Shown here one piece after another: positions 38,501-52,090 of a stretch of DNA of 64,000 nucleotides. Source of the DNA: Squalus acanthias. Its lineage: Eukaryota. The first letter of the stretch is position 1; every line of letters starts with the position of its first letter. The stretch spans positions 143,158,001 to 143,222,000 of the forward strand of contig CM059429.1 in NCBI GenBank assembly GCA_030390025.1, given 5' to 3'. A program made the translations under genes and the position numbers. The notes beneath the pieces were generated by a model, which ran no database searches, had not been told where the DNA came from, and was given only the letters and a program-made list of their open reading frames with translations.

Positions 38501-41026
38501 GATAGCTTTCATTGCATAGTTTGTACTTTTGATACACCATTAATTATTTCCATGCACAAGATACTATGCACCTTCTTGTATTTTGGGTGTCATTACAACA
38601 TAGTGCAATGAGAGACAACAGTAATGAGGGAAGATGTTTCATGAATCTGACTTGGGTGGGTGATGGAATCACAAAAAGATTTGGAGAAATTGTAAATCTG
38701 CCCCAGGAGGACTAAAGGATTTCAGTTTACATTTGTGCATGGGGTCCAAACATTTCCCACTGGTCCAAAGCCCAGAATCTACTATTAGGACAGTAACAAT
38801 ATTCCTTTAAAATCTGATTGACTATCCAGTGAAAATAGTACAAGAGTACATCAACTAGAAGGATCCAGGTACTGCAGCAGTACAATCCTGAAAACACCAG
38901 TACAATTTGTCACAGGATCTATTCTGTACATTTAGACACTCTTAGGACTTGTATACCTTGAAATAATGTTTCAACCTCCGTAATATCACGAACACCAGTC
39001 TACATTTAGCCATCCAGTAAATTTGAATTGCCCAATGAAAACTGGTTGCACCAGACTCTTGACAAAATGGTTACTACTCTGCAACAATGTAAAGTCCATG
39101 TTTGAAGATTCCTTTACCTGAAAAACGACATTAAAAAGTAGAAAATAGTAACTGTTTACCTTTTATGAACAGTAGCAACTAAATTACTGATGCCTATTAA
39201 CTGCACTCATGCAAACAATGTCATTGGTACAGCAGCTAGGTAAAACTGACTTTGGTTCAAGCTTTAATAGCTGTCCATATTTGGTAGGCAGCCATATTCA
39301 TTTTGTTTGCAGTATGGTAGTGTAACCCTACCAATACTGCAATTTTTATGTCTTGAAAAGGAGATAAATATTGTTACTAACAGGGTTAAAAATGGTGGCT
39401 GTCATTTTTTTTTTAAAGATTAAGAAACTGGTTTAGCTGCATCCAGTTATTGTTACCAGCACAAAAACAGCACTAACCACGTAAATTCCAATGACAAAAT
39501 TAGTTGAAGTACCTAATTGGTTTAAGTAAATGTACACACTGTCTCAGTGCAGCATTATGGGTGAACAACATAGTCAGCAACAGAGCACAGGGATGTCCAG
39601 ATGAACACTCACTTGATTCAAGCATATTATTTATTGAAGAATCAGTTATATGTTTATCAGGAAAAATTATGTGCTTCTAGACTGAAGAAAATTATACCCC
39701 ACATTCATTTCCAGTGGGCAACTCGGCACAAAGTCCATATGTAACGGGTAACTAAATGTGCTGTTGTTCATTAACCAATTGGACACAATGGACAGCGTGG
39801 CCACAGTAATCATCTAGCTTGTAATGCAATCCCTGCCCCTCACTTCCAGAAGCACACTGACAGAAAATGACAGGCACCATTTTTACTCCATGTGAACTGC
39901 AATGCTCTACTCCAGTCCTTTAATTTTTGGTTTTAATACGCTTACAGCAATGGTTCAAGCCATACTGTGCATACTGTAAGCCTCTTGTCTCAAAACAACC
40001 CTATTTTCCATTAGATAAACAAACTCCAAACTGAGCCAACATTCGATAGGTTACCAAGCTCTACAGGAAACATACATTATCTAGTTTCTATAAATAAATC
40101 AGTTTCTGGAAACTAGGTAATGACTTTTCCCCATTGGAGACCACTTTTCATGGCTAGCTTGGTTTGGATTGTAGTTTGCTCATCTCTACCATATTCCATG
40201 ATGGTTCCAACTGGCTCCAGTATCTGAGCAAAGACAAAAGCTTCACAAGATACCCATGATCCACTGACTATAACGTCTCCTCCATTTCCAGTTGTTCAGC
40301 CAAGTGGATCAATATCTCTGATGGTATGACATTTGCTAACGTACCCAACCATTACATTTAGGTAGGACATACTAAGCCATTTTAAAAACAAAGAATGTTT
40401 TTAAAACCACCAGTTTGTGAACTTTTGTCTCAATGCATCTATCTTTGAATCTTTCCTACAAAAATAACCAACAGTAAACCACTTTATACAAATGGTGAAT
40501 AAATCTACAGTGTACCCGACAAGAAACAACCTTTAAAGAAAGGAAACCATTTCAAGAGACATTAGCAAGAAGAAAAAAATAAAAACCCAATGTAATTTTC
40601 TTAACGGTATACACAAGGAAAAAAAGATGCACAAGCATCCCAAGTACAGGCCTGCCTAAACTGTACCAGTTAAAGAAACCCATGCTATTTATACATGATA
40701 TAAACACCTTTATGAAACAAAAAGGCCTGTACAACAGACCTAATTAAAATAAACACACAATTAAAAAGAACTAATAAAATAGATACTAAGAGGAGACAGA
40801 ACCCTTGCCTATGCATTGTTAATGACTCCTATATTGTTACGACCGTCTGAAACGATAAATATTCACGTGTTTCCTTTTTGGTAAAAGTCTTTTTTGTCAT
40901 TTGTGACACAATCCTGAAAAACAAGCACGTTAAAAAAATTAGGCAAACATCAGTTTTGCTTTTGCTGGAAGCAGCCACCTACACATCCCATTACTGGATT
41001 AAATGATCCACTCTAGGGATTACGTC

Positions 41027-41325
41027 TCATTGGGCCTTGGTGGTGTTGGTGGCCCCGCCTGCTGAGGTCACAGTGAACGAAGAGTTCTGGCTGGAATCAG
41101 CTGACATAGAGGCCATCTGGAGACTGGCGGCATGTCCAGTTGCCCCGGCAGCGGATATCAGGCTTACGGCTGGGTTGCTGGTGAGTAAGGAGAGGTTTTG
41201 TGGGTTCAAAAAAAGAGGGGCTGTAACGATGTTTGGAGTACCCCCTGGGTTCGCTGCATTGGCAAACAATAGATTTCCACTGGCATCAAGGGAGGTTATA
41301 GGAAGTGTTCCACTAGATGCAAGCG
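41027..41325 (-). CDS. POU2F1: POU2F1 terminal coding exon [52 protein letters not shown]...TTKAQ*
   Basis: ctctctcattctcag acceptor. Contains the diagnostic [21 protein letters not shown] and the C-terminal KAQ of Oct-1. TGA at 41027-41029. Confidence 0.97.
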
Positions 41326-42862
41326 CTGAGAATGAGAGAGAAAAGAACCCAGATTAGAACAAAAAATTGCCTCGCAGAGTTATTAATATCATTTGTATAT
41401 CGAAAAGGGAAATAGAATGGAAAATAGTGCTCCTAATGCTTAGCAGACATACACATCAAGAATATTGCTAAAATTGTATAAGCAACATAAAAATGCATTA
41501 TTAGATTGCTGTATGTGTATGCAAATGTGATGAAATGAACATAAAACTTTATGAATTTTAAGTTCTATTCATCCAAATTTTTCCAACTTCATCTAGCATA
41601 AAGAAAAAAGAGTAAATTCCAGAATCATAAAATACTGGTACTATCAATGCAATTTTAGTATATGTCAGTTAATTTTATGCTTAAAAGGAAATATTCACTC
41701 AGGTACATATTAATTTCTCATATTCGAAGTTGGTTTAATTGACTGTTCAATGTGGGGTTATCACTTTTACATGCAATTCTTGACCAGTACCAATCCATTA
41801 CTGAAACAGTTACAAGTACTTTAATGAAAGCAATATAGGTTTTAAAAAATCCATTTGTGGTAACAAGTGCTGCAAGCTTCTGCTTAAAAAAAAAGTTGCT
41901 TACTAAGTAACTCTGTACCTACGCTGTGCGCTAACACGTTCTACGCGTGTATCAATTTCTTTTGTCTGCTATTTTAGCCGAGGCTTAACCCAGGTTAAAA
42001 TAGTAGGCAAAGGAATTTCATATTTCATATGAACATGTTTAACTTTTGTACGCTCTTATTGTTTACAGTTTGATGTGCCTCATGCTGCTTAATTTTACAA
42101 ATCAATACATGTTATTTTAATGTTCTGGTATCCTGAATCTCCTTCCAACAGATGATTTGTTTATATCCAATGTTTCTATATGAGAACTGCAGATGTTTAC
42201 AGCATAATTTTTTTTATATATATAAAAAAAGACAACTAAAGCCTTTTTTGACATGGCAAACCCCAAAAAGATCTTTTTCCAACAGAGAAGAGCCTCTTAC
42301 ACAGACAAACAAGAGAAGATCATTAGACTACTCATGAATGATTTTCTTTTAAGGGCAATGCCTCAAGTAATTCTTCCTATGGGAAGATGGCTTTCATGCT
42401 TTTGTGTGTGGAGGCTGAAGAAAAGCAGAACATACAATTTCAGGTGGTGTGGTTCAATAGAATGTTCAAACACTATTATGCAGCATCATAAATTGACAGG
42501 TTACAAAATGCACATCACAATACAACAGGTAGGAGAATTGCTCCCTGAACACCCTGGGCAGATATGGCCTCCTGCTGAGAGCCCTTCTCCCACTCCTCCC
42601 TCTTCCAGCATCTTGTCCTGCTCTGCGTGCCCTATGCTCATTCCCCAAGTCACGTTGTATTCCAATGGGAAATCCTGCTAGGGCACCAATGTCTGACAGA
42701 AAGTGGTTTGTGCAGTAGCCTTGATCTCAGGAAAAAGTCCTTCACCACATGCCACACCACTCCCTGTAGACTGTTGAAACTTCAAACAACTATGGAAAGC
42801 ACCAAACACTTGTAGAATTGTAGCAACAGCCAGAAGAAATCAACCAGAAACTAACCTGTAAG

Positions 42863-42987
42863 CAATGTTCCCTCTAAATTTAAGGGGCTGCGTGGGTTAC
42901 TCAAAATACCACGCATGTGTGGTTTTTGTATTGAAAAGCCAGCTGCGCGGGTTCCCTGGAGCACTGCGCAGCTTACAGGGAACATTG
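42863..42987. mobile_element. 125-bp hAT-like MITE
   Basis: 11-bp perfect TIRs caatgttccct / agggaacattg, flanked by an 8-bp TSD (cctgtaag / cctgtagg, 7 of 8 match). An 8-bp TSD is typical of hAT elements. Confidence 0.75.
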
Positions 42988-43432
42988 CCTGTAGGTGGTT
43001 GATGATCCCTTTAAATAGCGCTGGTGGGGGGGGGGGGGTGGGTCCTTCCTGCTGCTAAATGCATGTTCAGTTGTGCGTGGTTAAGAGAGTTAGCTGGAGC
43101 ATTGAGCTCCAAAATGGCAGCGCTGGCGTGGCCTTAAATCAGCGTGCAACATCATGATCTGCCTGCTCTGCATACTTCTGGTGGGCTTTCATTGTGCGCG
43201 TGCCAATGCCCTCACCAATATGGCTTCTGGCGCGTGCACTGCAGACGCCATTTTGGACCATTAAGAGAACTCGTAGCGCCCAAATATTGGGTACTACGGA
43301 TCCAAATTTTGCGTCCATTGAGTATGTCATTCTTCAACTTGAAAAGCACTGATTTTACAATAGGGTAGCCCACATTCTACAAAAAGATATTCTAGTCTGA
43401 TACAGGGTATAGCGGATACCCAGGTTACTGAC

Positions 43433-43521
43433 CTTGAATAGTTGCCAGTGTGCTATTACTCATTAATGCTGGACCGAGAGCACCACCAAGACTCCCTGGA
43501 TTCAGACTTAGTAAGGCACCT
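43433..43521 (-). CDS. POU2F1: POU2F1 penultimate coding exon (G)[29 protein letters not shown]
   Basis: tttttacag acceptor, gtcagt donor, 89 nt, phase 2 to 1, in frame with both neighbours. Near-identical to mammalian [29 protein letters not shown]. Absent from the ORF track. Confidence 0.96.
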
Positions 43522-44568
43522 CTGTAAAAATGAAAAACAAGTTGATTTTGTGTTTACTTACAGAGCATATGTTTTTCAGGAAAGTATTTATGCTCCCTGA
43601 ACTGCGTAATATTAAAACGTACATCACAATACAACAGAAATTATGAACTTTTTTTTGGGTTGGGCGTGGGAGGAAAGAAGGAAGTCCATTGAACAGTTTA
43701 ACGGCTTACGACAAGACAACTAATCTACTAACCACTTCCAATTCGGTTATGACTCTCCTATTTGCTCTGCACTCGCTACCTAAATGATGGTAATAAATTT
43801 TATATTAAAAAAATTAAATAGGATTGATTGTTCACCGAGTTCAGATCAGCGCACTTGGATTAGTATGTGAGAATTCATGTGAACATTGTCACTCCAATAA
43901 TTTGCATTTGTGACCTCCCCACTCCAGACCAGCTTTCTTGGCTTCCTTCCAGAAGTTACAGGGCACTTTCAAAAATCTAACCACACCACTGAATAAACCT
44001 AACTATGTAGGTGCCAACAGTTGGAAAATTACAGAAATCAGAGATACACTAGGCACTAGTCCCTGCCCCAGACACATTTAGAAATTTGACAGCTGGAAGG
44101 TGATGGCGCCAGTTCACTTCAAGAATGATGAGGTTTCACCTTTGATGAATTGCCTCAAATATTGCCAGCATTCCCTGAAACACCAACTATACAAGATGAG
44201 GAAACAGTTTACTCTCATGTTACTATTACATAACTCTATTGACTGAGAAGGCCCCCAATAAATGCAACTCTATTTAAAAAAAGGTCAGCGACATGTTCAG
44301 GAGTCAAATCTGAACTACCTTGAAATGAATATTAGAAAAATCTCTGGAGCTTATTTTAGTGAAGCATCCAACAAGAACACAAGTGATAAGTCAAATGTGA
44401 ATTTTATAGATGGGTGATCCATTGGAAATTTATTAGGAGCATGAGTTTGCAGGTGTATGTACAATAAAAAAAAAATTGACAAGGCTAATCACGAAGGAAT
44501 ACGACAAATATCAGCTGGTAGTGAGGAAAAGAGGAATATCACATTGGATGAAGAATTGATTTAAAGCT

Positions 44569-44586
44569 GGGGGGGGGGGGGGGGGG
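44569..44586 (+). repeat. Poly-G homopolymer (18 nt)
   Basis: Direct reading. Shorter G runs occur near 9271, 13953, 32234 and 43026. Confidence 0.9.
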
Positions 44587-46050
44587 TTGTAAATTTGACC
44601 AATAACTAAGATAAAACTTGAGACTTTCAATATTTATTTATTTTAAAAGGAGCAGTGTGCCTTAATTAAACTTCTAAAACTTTATTGATTTAATGGACAG
44701 TTAAAAGCTTTAAAAATTAATAAGAAAGCTGCTACTTTTTGAACGGTGTTGTAGTAATCCATACAGGTGCTAATTATTTTTAATTAAGTTACTTGGCCAC
44801 CATTCTTGGCATATTAATTCATTTCTTCTCACTTCACAGAAAAAGTAAAATGGCCAGTGAAGCTCAGAGGATGCTTGGGACCTATTGCTGTAGCTCACTG
44901 GTCAAAACAGAAGCATCTCCCTTCTCTGACTGCAATGGGAGTAAAATCTGAGGACAACCTTAATATCTAGAGCCATGCAAACCAGACCTAAGTTTTTAGT
45001 CAACGGCTTGTAGTTAATGCTGTAGAATCTGATCACTGCCCATAAACATAACAGCATGATCTTGCTTCGGATGAAGTATTGGTGGAGGCTTCTTTAGTGG
45101 AAGATCAATTTCTAATACAAACACCTGTACCCGAGGTCCTGCTGCTATTTCATTGCAAGAAAGAAAGAACAAACTCATATTGCGTCAGGACATCCCAAAA
45201 GCATTTCATAGCCAATGAAGTAGTTTTGAAGTTGGGTCACTATTGTAATGTAGGGAGCTGGTAAAGATCTAAGGCATCAGTTGGATGAGGTTTGCGAGTT
45301 GCAGAAGATGGTGATGCTTTTTTCCCCAAATTGAATTCAGAACAGAGTGAAAGGAATGATTCTGGGACGTCGAGCTCTAAATTATGCAGAGGGACTAATA
45401 AAACTTATTTTTGGAGAGATGACAAAGAGGAGCATGATCCAAGTTTTTAAAATGCTGAAAAGCATGGATAATTAAAGTTGGTCAAATATGGTTTTAACTG
45501 ATTTAACCCTAAAACTTACACTTGCCATTCCAAATCTAAAAAAATTGCCAATTTGGAGAGACATCAGATTCAATTTTACACACCCCTTCCTGCTGTAGTC
45601 GTAGTGCCACACACTACACTAGATTCTTCCTTCTCCTCTCCAAATCATACAAGATAAACATATAGAACCAAAATAAAACCAGAAGAAAAAGATTTTGCTG
45701 AAATTCTTGAAAATAAATTTACCTGGTAAATACAACATTCATCTTCCTCAAGAAATTTAAAAATACAAACAAACAAAAAAACTCCGAGGATAGACATTAG
45801 CAGCATACTTAGCTGGGCACAGAACTAAATAATCCTCAGATGAGACTGAGGGGGAAAAATTGAGTCGCGCCCCCTTTGGGGCGCTAACTTCGCCGGGGCG
45901 CTACTTTTAGTGACCCTGCGGCCAAAATTGAGTGGTAGCGCCCCAAGAGGGAAGAGGGGCGCTATTGGAGGCGCAAAGCAACCGAATTCCGCACCCCCCC
46001 CCCCAAAGTATAGAATAGCAGATATGTGCAATGGATTCCTATCAAAAGCA

Positions 46051-46492
46051 GTTAACACGGTGGCATAGTGGTTAGCACTGGTGCTTCACAGCGCCAGGGA
46101 CCCGGGTTCGAATCTGGCCTCGGGTGACTGTCTGTGTGGAGTTTGCACATTCTCCCCGTGTCTGCGTGGGTTTCCTCCGGGTGCTCCGGTTTCCTCCCAC
46201 AGTCCAAAAATGTGCGGGTTAGGTTGATTTGGCTATGATAAATTGACCCTTAGTGTTAGGGGGGGATTAAATATGTGGGGTTATGGGGATAGGATGGGAT
46301 ATGTTAGGGGGAATTAAATACGTGGGGTTACGGGGATAGGGTGGGATAGGTGCAGGCTCGATGTGGGGATTGTGTGTGAGAAAGCAGGGACAGGGTACTG
46401 GATTTGGATGATCAGCCATGATCGTATTGAATGGTGGAGCAGGCTCGACGGGCCGAATGGCCTACTCCTGCTCCTAGTTTCTATGTTAACAC
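46051..46492 (+). mobile_element. tRNA-derived V-SINE (HE1-like) with a CR1-derived 3' tail
   Basis: Pol III A box tggcatagtgg and B box ggttcgaatc; V-domain tgtggagtttgcacattctccccgtgtctgcgtgggtttcctccggg; CR1 tail; gttaacac repeated at both ends. Confidence 0.92.
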
Positions 46493-48252
46493 CATATCGA
46501 CTTAAAAAAATGTGGATGAATATTCAATTCAGAATGGGATCAAAGGCTAGAATACATCTAGATATAGATGATCAAATACTGACTCTACAGATTGCGTGCT
46601 GCTGCACCATGGAGATATCATTTGTGGAATTACAGCAATTAGGTTTGAATAGCATATATTGTAATGTTAGAATGATGCTCCAAATTTATCTTTATGGGCA
46701 GGGGAAATTTCACAGACTTTATCTTGGATGTTTTACTTATGTTTTTTTATTTATTGTTCTTTCATGGCAGTGCATATTGTACACAGTAGAGTGGATTATT
46801 CAATTGGTTATGCCCGATGAACGAGCAAAGATCTGTTGTGTTAGATTAAAATAAAGGCTCAATTCTATTATTTGGACATCAATGCAATTTCCCAACATTT
46901 ACACACCTGCATCTATAGCCAGACACACACATACCTGGCAATCATTAGGTAGCCAAATGCAGAGATGTGCCATCTGTTGCAGGATGTATGCTGTGAACAT
47001 GCACTGTTAGAAAGACACTACCAATGACAGTATCACTCAAATACACCCTAAAATACTCATCCTCTGCCTCCTTCCAGGCATCTTGCAATGATGTCCAATG
47101 CAGAGGATGCCCAGGAGTAGCAAATAGGGCCACCATCCACAACTAGTACACCTCTACTGCATCAAAGGGAGGGCTCGAGTGCTTTGCTGCTCTAACCCTC
47201 CACCAGACTCTCCTTACTTCCAAAGTCTTCGCCCCAGCTCAAAAGGTCCATTTTTGTGGGAATATTCTTTGCCCAGTCAATTCTGTAACTGACCTGGAAA
47301 TGGAAAAGTACCTTTCTACTGAACTAGACCTCGACATACAATGTGCAGTGAGGAACTGAAATTTGACATTGTACTCAGAACATCCTTCCAGAGAACGAGT
47401 CCACTGCATTGAGCCTGTGCATCGTGTTTTGAGCAGGCTTCCACATTTTAAAGTGCCTCATTTGCATCAATCACTTGTGGCGGGATGCAACTTGGCCAGT
47501 GACCGAGGCAGGGTTGACCACAGTTTCTCTGATTATAGTAGGCTTTTGTTTTTACTCAAAAGAACAGTGGTAAATGGAATTTTGCAAAGAAACCATAAAT
47601 AAAATGAGAAACTTGGTAAAAAGGTGAAGGATATTCTCAAGTATTGAAACTATAGGAGAAATCTGCAACCACGTTGGAAAAAAAGACAACGGGATAAGAA
47701 ATGACATGCAAGCTTTTTGTGGCGTGGGAAATAACAGACATTTGCTGTTGATAGCACAAGAAAAAGAATGAGACCCATTATATACGAGTGTGTATAGCTT
47801 CTTGCTCCCTGCCCCTCAAATTTTTTTGACATAGGTTGTGTCTCCTTCTCCCCCTCATTCCAAATCCAACTATTACTCCTGATGTTCCCCTCAAATCTGT
47901 GATTATGCCTTTCAAAGTGGAAAATGTCAGTTGACTGTCCACGGTCAAACTTCTTGACAGGACAGTGCCCCAGGTGATTTATCCCCCAAGTAGGATGATG
48001 CAAATCACCTATTTGTACATGGAGGCTATTTGTAATATAAATATAACACACTATTTATCAAACTGTTAATTTTATTTCTGAGGAAAAAACTCATTTTTCC
48101 ATGGTACTCATGAGTAATTCAATTCCCAGCAATGTACAGGATGAAAACTTTATTCAATGGCTTACTATGGAATATTACATATTAAAAATACACATATTCA
48201 CAGATAAATTAAAGATGTAATCCATCAGTGATGGAATGCAGTGAAGACTTAC

Positions 48253-48631
48253 CCAGCTGCAAACTGAGGGGCTGACATGAGGCCAGGATTGGCTAGTCCT
48301 GCAGCAGCAGCCATGGCAGCTAGGCCTGGATTGGTGGCATGCCCAGCACTAGTGGGTACCTGTGCAGCTGCTGCTTGTAGCGCAGTGGCCGCCGTCTGCA
48401 GTCCAGACGCTGACACCATGATTTGGCTTGTGCACAGAGGGTTTACTAAGCCAGTTGAGGTTGTCTGTGTGGTATTTGTATCACTGCTGCTGGACGACTC
48501 AGTCACTGAAATGGATGCTGATGGTGAAGGGGTCAGAGACGGCGAAGTGACTGTCGACGTGGAAACTGCAGATGATAGACCGGTGATTACAGATGCCACG
48601 TTTGTAGGAGCTGTCCCTGATGCAGTTGTAC
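48253..48631 (-). CDS. POU2F1: POU2F1 (Oct-1) third-from-last coding exon, Ser/Thr/Ala-rich C-terminal region
   Basis: ttcctccag acceptor, gtaagt donor, 379 nt, phase 1 to 2. Peptide ...[12 protein letters not shown]...[14 protein letters not shown]...[10 protein letters not shown]...QFAAG matches Oct-1. Confidence 0.95.
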
Positions 48632-49039
48632 CTGGAGGAATAATGAGAGATTAGAATACTGACATGAATTTTGCTTCCTATTTTACATTTCATCAAAATT
48701 CTTCTAAAATGATTCACAGAATAATAAAATATAGGCATGAGGAAATGAACACACTCCTTTTGAGGATAATAGTGGAATATTGTTGATCGTTGTGTTCAAT
48801 TTTACACTAATTTTGGTGCAGAACACAATTAAAGAAACACATATCTGAATGCTACAGGGATCAAATTGACAATTATGAACACAAAGTTGCGACTAAGTTT
48901 CCACGGATAAGGAAACAACTGCGCCCTTCTTTCTCTGAATGACAAGAGTACAATGTCTAATTTTCCACGCTTCAGCATAACAGAAGTTATTGATCATAAT
49001 TCCATATTTTGTAAATTCTTAATTTTAGCAGAACCAAGC

Positions 49040-49665
49040 ATTGGGATTCATTTCTAGAGGGATAGATTTGAAAAGCAGAAGTTAGGTTAATCGTGTATAG
49101 AACCATGGTTAGACCACACTTGGAGTACTGTGAACAGTTCTGGTCTCCATATTATAAAAAGGACATAGAGGCACTGGAGGAGGTGCAAAAAATATTCACA
49201 AGGATGATACCAGAACTGAGAGGATATACTAATCAGCAAAGGCTGAACAGGCTGGGACTCTTTTCTCTAGAAAAGAGAAGGCTGAGGGGTGATGTGATAG
49301 AGGTCTTTAAGTTTATGAAAGGGTTAGATAGGGTAGATGTAGAGAAGATGTTTCCACTTGTGGGGGTGACCAAAACTAGGGGCCATAAATATAAGATAGT
49401 CACTAATGAATCCAATAGGGAATTCAGGAGAAACTTCTTTACCCAAAGAGTGGTAAGAATATGGAATGCGCTACCACAAAGAGTAGTTGAGGCAAATAGC
49501 ACAGATGCATTTAAGTGGAAGCTAGATAAGCACATGAAGGAGAAAGGAATAGAAGGATAAGCTGATAGGGTTAGATGAAGTAGGGTGAGAGGAGGGTCGT
49601 GTGGAGCATAATCGCCAGCATAGACCAGTTGGGCCGAATGGCCTGTTTCTTTGCTGTACTCAATG
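49040..49665 (+). mobile_element. CR1 3' fragment
   Basis: ORF 49093-49560: RPHLEYCEQFWSP...RRNFFTQRVVRIWNALP. Confidence 0.92.
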
Positions 49666-49964
49666 TAACTATCAGAGGAGATCCTGAGTGTTAAAAATGC
49701 TAATCTAACTAGTGTCCCACATTTGTCGAACCTCCAAATAAAAAAATAAATATATCAAAGTGGTGCTAATTGCAGTCAGGTGATGCAAGTTCTCATCACT
49801 CTTAGCTGTTCGGTTCTGGCAACAAAGTTTAGTGAAAGCAGGCAAATGGCTCCAGCCAGCTGCCTCATGATAATCAAGGGAAGAACGTTCCACAAGCTGA
49901 GCTAAGATATGGCTAGAATAGCTCCCAGATAGCTTAATTGGTTAGGCATCGACTGAGACACACA

Positions 49965-52090
49965 GACATAAGAAATAGGAGCAAGAGTAGGCCATTCGGC
50001 CCCTCGAGCCTGCTCCGCCATTCAATGAGATCATGGCTGATCTTCTGCCTCAACTCCATTCACCGGCCCAATCGCCATATCCCTTGATGCCCTTACCAGT
50101 CAGAAATCTATCGACTTCTGTTTTGAATATACCCAATGACTGAGCCTCCACAGCCCTCTGGGGTAGAGAATGCCAAAGATTCACCACCCTCTGAAGAAAG
50201 TTCTTCTCATCTCAGTCCTGAATGGCCTACCCTTTATCTTGAGGCTGTGGCCCCTGGTTCTAGACTCCTCAGCCAAGGGAAACATTCTCCCAGCATCCAC
50301 CCTATCAAGCCCTGTAATAATTTTGTATGCTTCAATGAGATCCCCTCTCATTCTTCTGAATTCAAGAGAATACAGGCCTAGTTTACTCAATCTCTTCTCA
50401 TACAACAGTCCCGTCATCCCAGGAATCAATCTCGTGAACCTTCGTTGCACTCCCTCTATGGCAAGTATATCCTTCCTTAGGTAAGGAGACCAAAATTGTA
50501 CACAGTACTTCAGGTGTGGTCTCACCAAGGCCCTATATAATTGGAGTAAGACTTCTTTACTCCTGTACTCAAATCCTCTTGTAATACCATTGCCATTACC
50601 AGCATACCATTTGCCTTCCTAATGGCTTGCTGCACCTGCACATTCACTTTCAGTGACTCATGTACAAGGACACCCAGGTCCCTTTGAACATCTGCATTCC
50701 CCAATCTTTCACCATTTAGGAAATACTCTGCCTTTTATGTTTTTTCTACCAGTGGATGACTTCACATTTATCCACATCATATTCCATCTGCCATGTGCTC
50801 GCCTACTCACTGAGCCTGTCGAGATCCCCTTGAAGCCTCTTCACATCCTCTTAACAACTGACACTGCCACCTAGCTTTGTATCATCAGCAAATTTGGAAA
50901 TGTTACATTTAGTCCCCTCATCCAAATCATTGATATAGATTGTGAATAGCTGGGGTCCAGGCACCGATCCTTGCGGTACCCCACTAGTCACAGCCTGTCA
51001 TCCTGAAAAAGACCCGTTTATCCCTACTCTTTGTTTTCTGTCTGTTAACCAATTCTCAATCCATGCTAGTATATTACCCCCAATTCCATGTGCCCTAATT
51101 TTGTTCACCAACCTCTTGTGTGGGACCTTATTGAAGGCCTTCTGAAAGTCCAGATACACCACATCTACCGGTTCCCCTTTGTCTACTCCACTAGTTACAT
51201 CCTCAAAGAACTCCAATAGGTTTGTCAAACAGGATTTCCCTTTCATAAATCCATGTTGACTCTGCCCAATCTTACTATTAGTTTCTAAGTGCCCAGTTAT
51301 TGCATCCTTTATAATAGATTCCAGCATTTTCCCCAACTACTGACGTGAGGCTAACAGGTCTGTAGTCCCCCGTTTTCTCTCTCCCTCCTTTCTTAAATAG
51401 CGGGGTTACATTTGCTATCCTCCGATCTGCAGGAACCGTTCCAGAATCTATAGCATTTTGGAAGATGACAACCAATGCGTCCACTATCCCAATGGCCACC
51501 TCTTTCAAAACCCTAGGATGTAGGTCATCCGGTCCTTGGGATTTATCGAGTTTTAGTCCCATTAATTTTGCTAGTACTGTTTTTTTACTAATAATAATAA
51601 TTTCTTTAAGTTCCTCATTCTCGCCACACCCTTGGTTTTCTCTTATTTCTGGGAGGTTTTTTGTGTCTTCCTCCGTGAAGACAGAAACAAAGTATTTATT
51701 TAATTTCTTAGCCATTTCCTCATTCCCCATTATAAATTCTCCCGTCTGACTGTAAAGGACCTACATTTACCTTCGCCAGTCTTTTCCTTTTCACATACCT
51801 CTAGAAGCTTTTTCAATCCGTCTTTATATTTTTCGCTAGTTTTTGTGCTCATATTCCATTTTCCCTTTCTTTATCAATTTCTTGGACCCCTTTGCTGATT
51901 TCTAAAAAGATCCCAATCCTCAGGCTGACCGCTTTTTCTGGCAACTTTATAAGCTTCCTCCTTAGACTTAACATTAGCTTTAATTTCTTTTGTTAGCCAT
52001 GGTTGGATCACTTTCCTTTTGGGTTTTTATGCCCTAGAGGAATATATGTGTGTTGCAAATTATGCATTATTTCCTTGAATGTTAGCCATT
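49965..52090 (-). mobile_element. CR1 LINE, 5'-truncated and frameshifted
   Basis: Minus-strand ORFs with GPDDLHPRVLKE, QHGFMKGKSCLTNL, YLDFQKAF and RPHLKY; CR1 tail at 49965-50050. Confidence 0.94.

Larger units (their letters stand above)
28280..41026 (-). other. POU2F1: Putative long POU2F1 3'UTR (distal end uncertain)
   Basis: AT-rich, almost repeat-free sequence continuous with the stop codon. Minus-strand AATAAA at 28280-28285 with ATTAAA near 28315-28330; another AATAAA at 24872-24877. Mammalian POU2F1 has a multi-kb 3'UTR. Confidence 0.4.

Noticed and set aside
46059-46125. tRNA-like sequence with A and B boxes
   Set aside because: It is the SINE head, not a tRNA gene; it continues directly into the V-domain.
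41037-48654. Plus-strand ORFs 41037-41357 and 48277-48654
   Set aside because: Antisense shadows of the POU2F1 coding exons.
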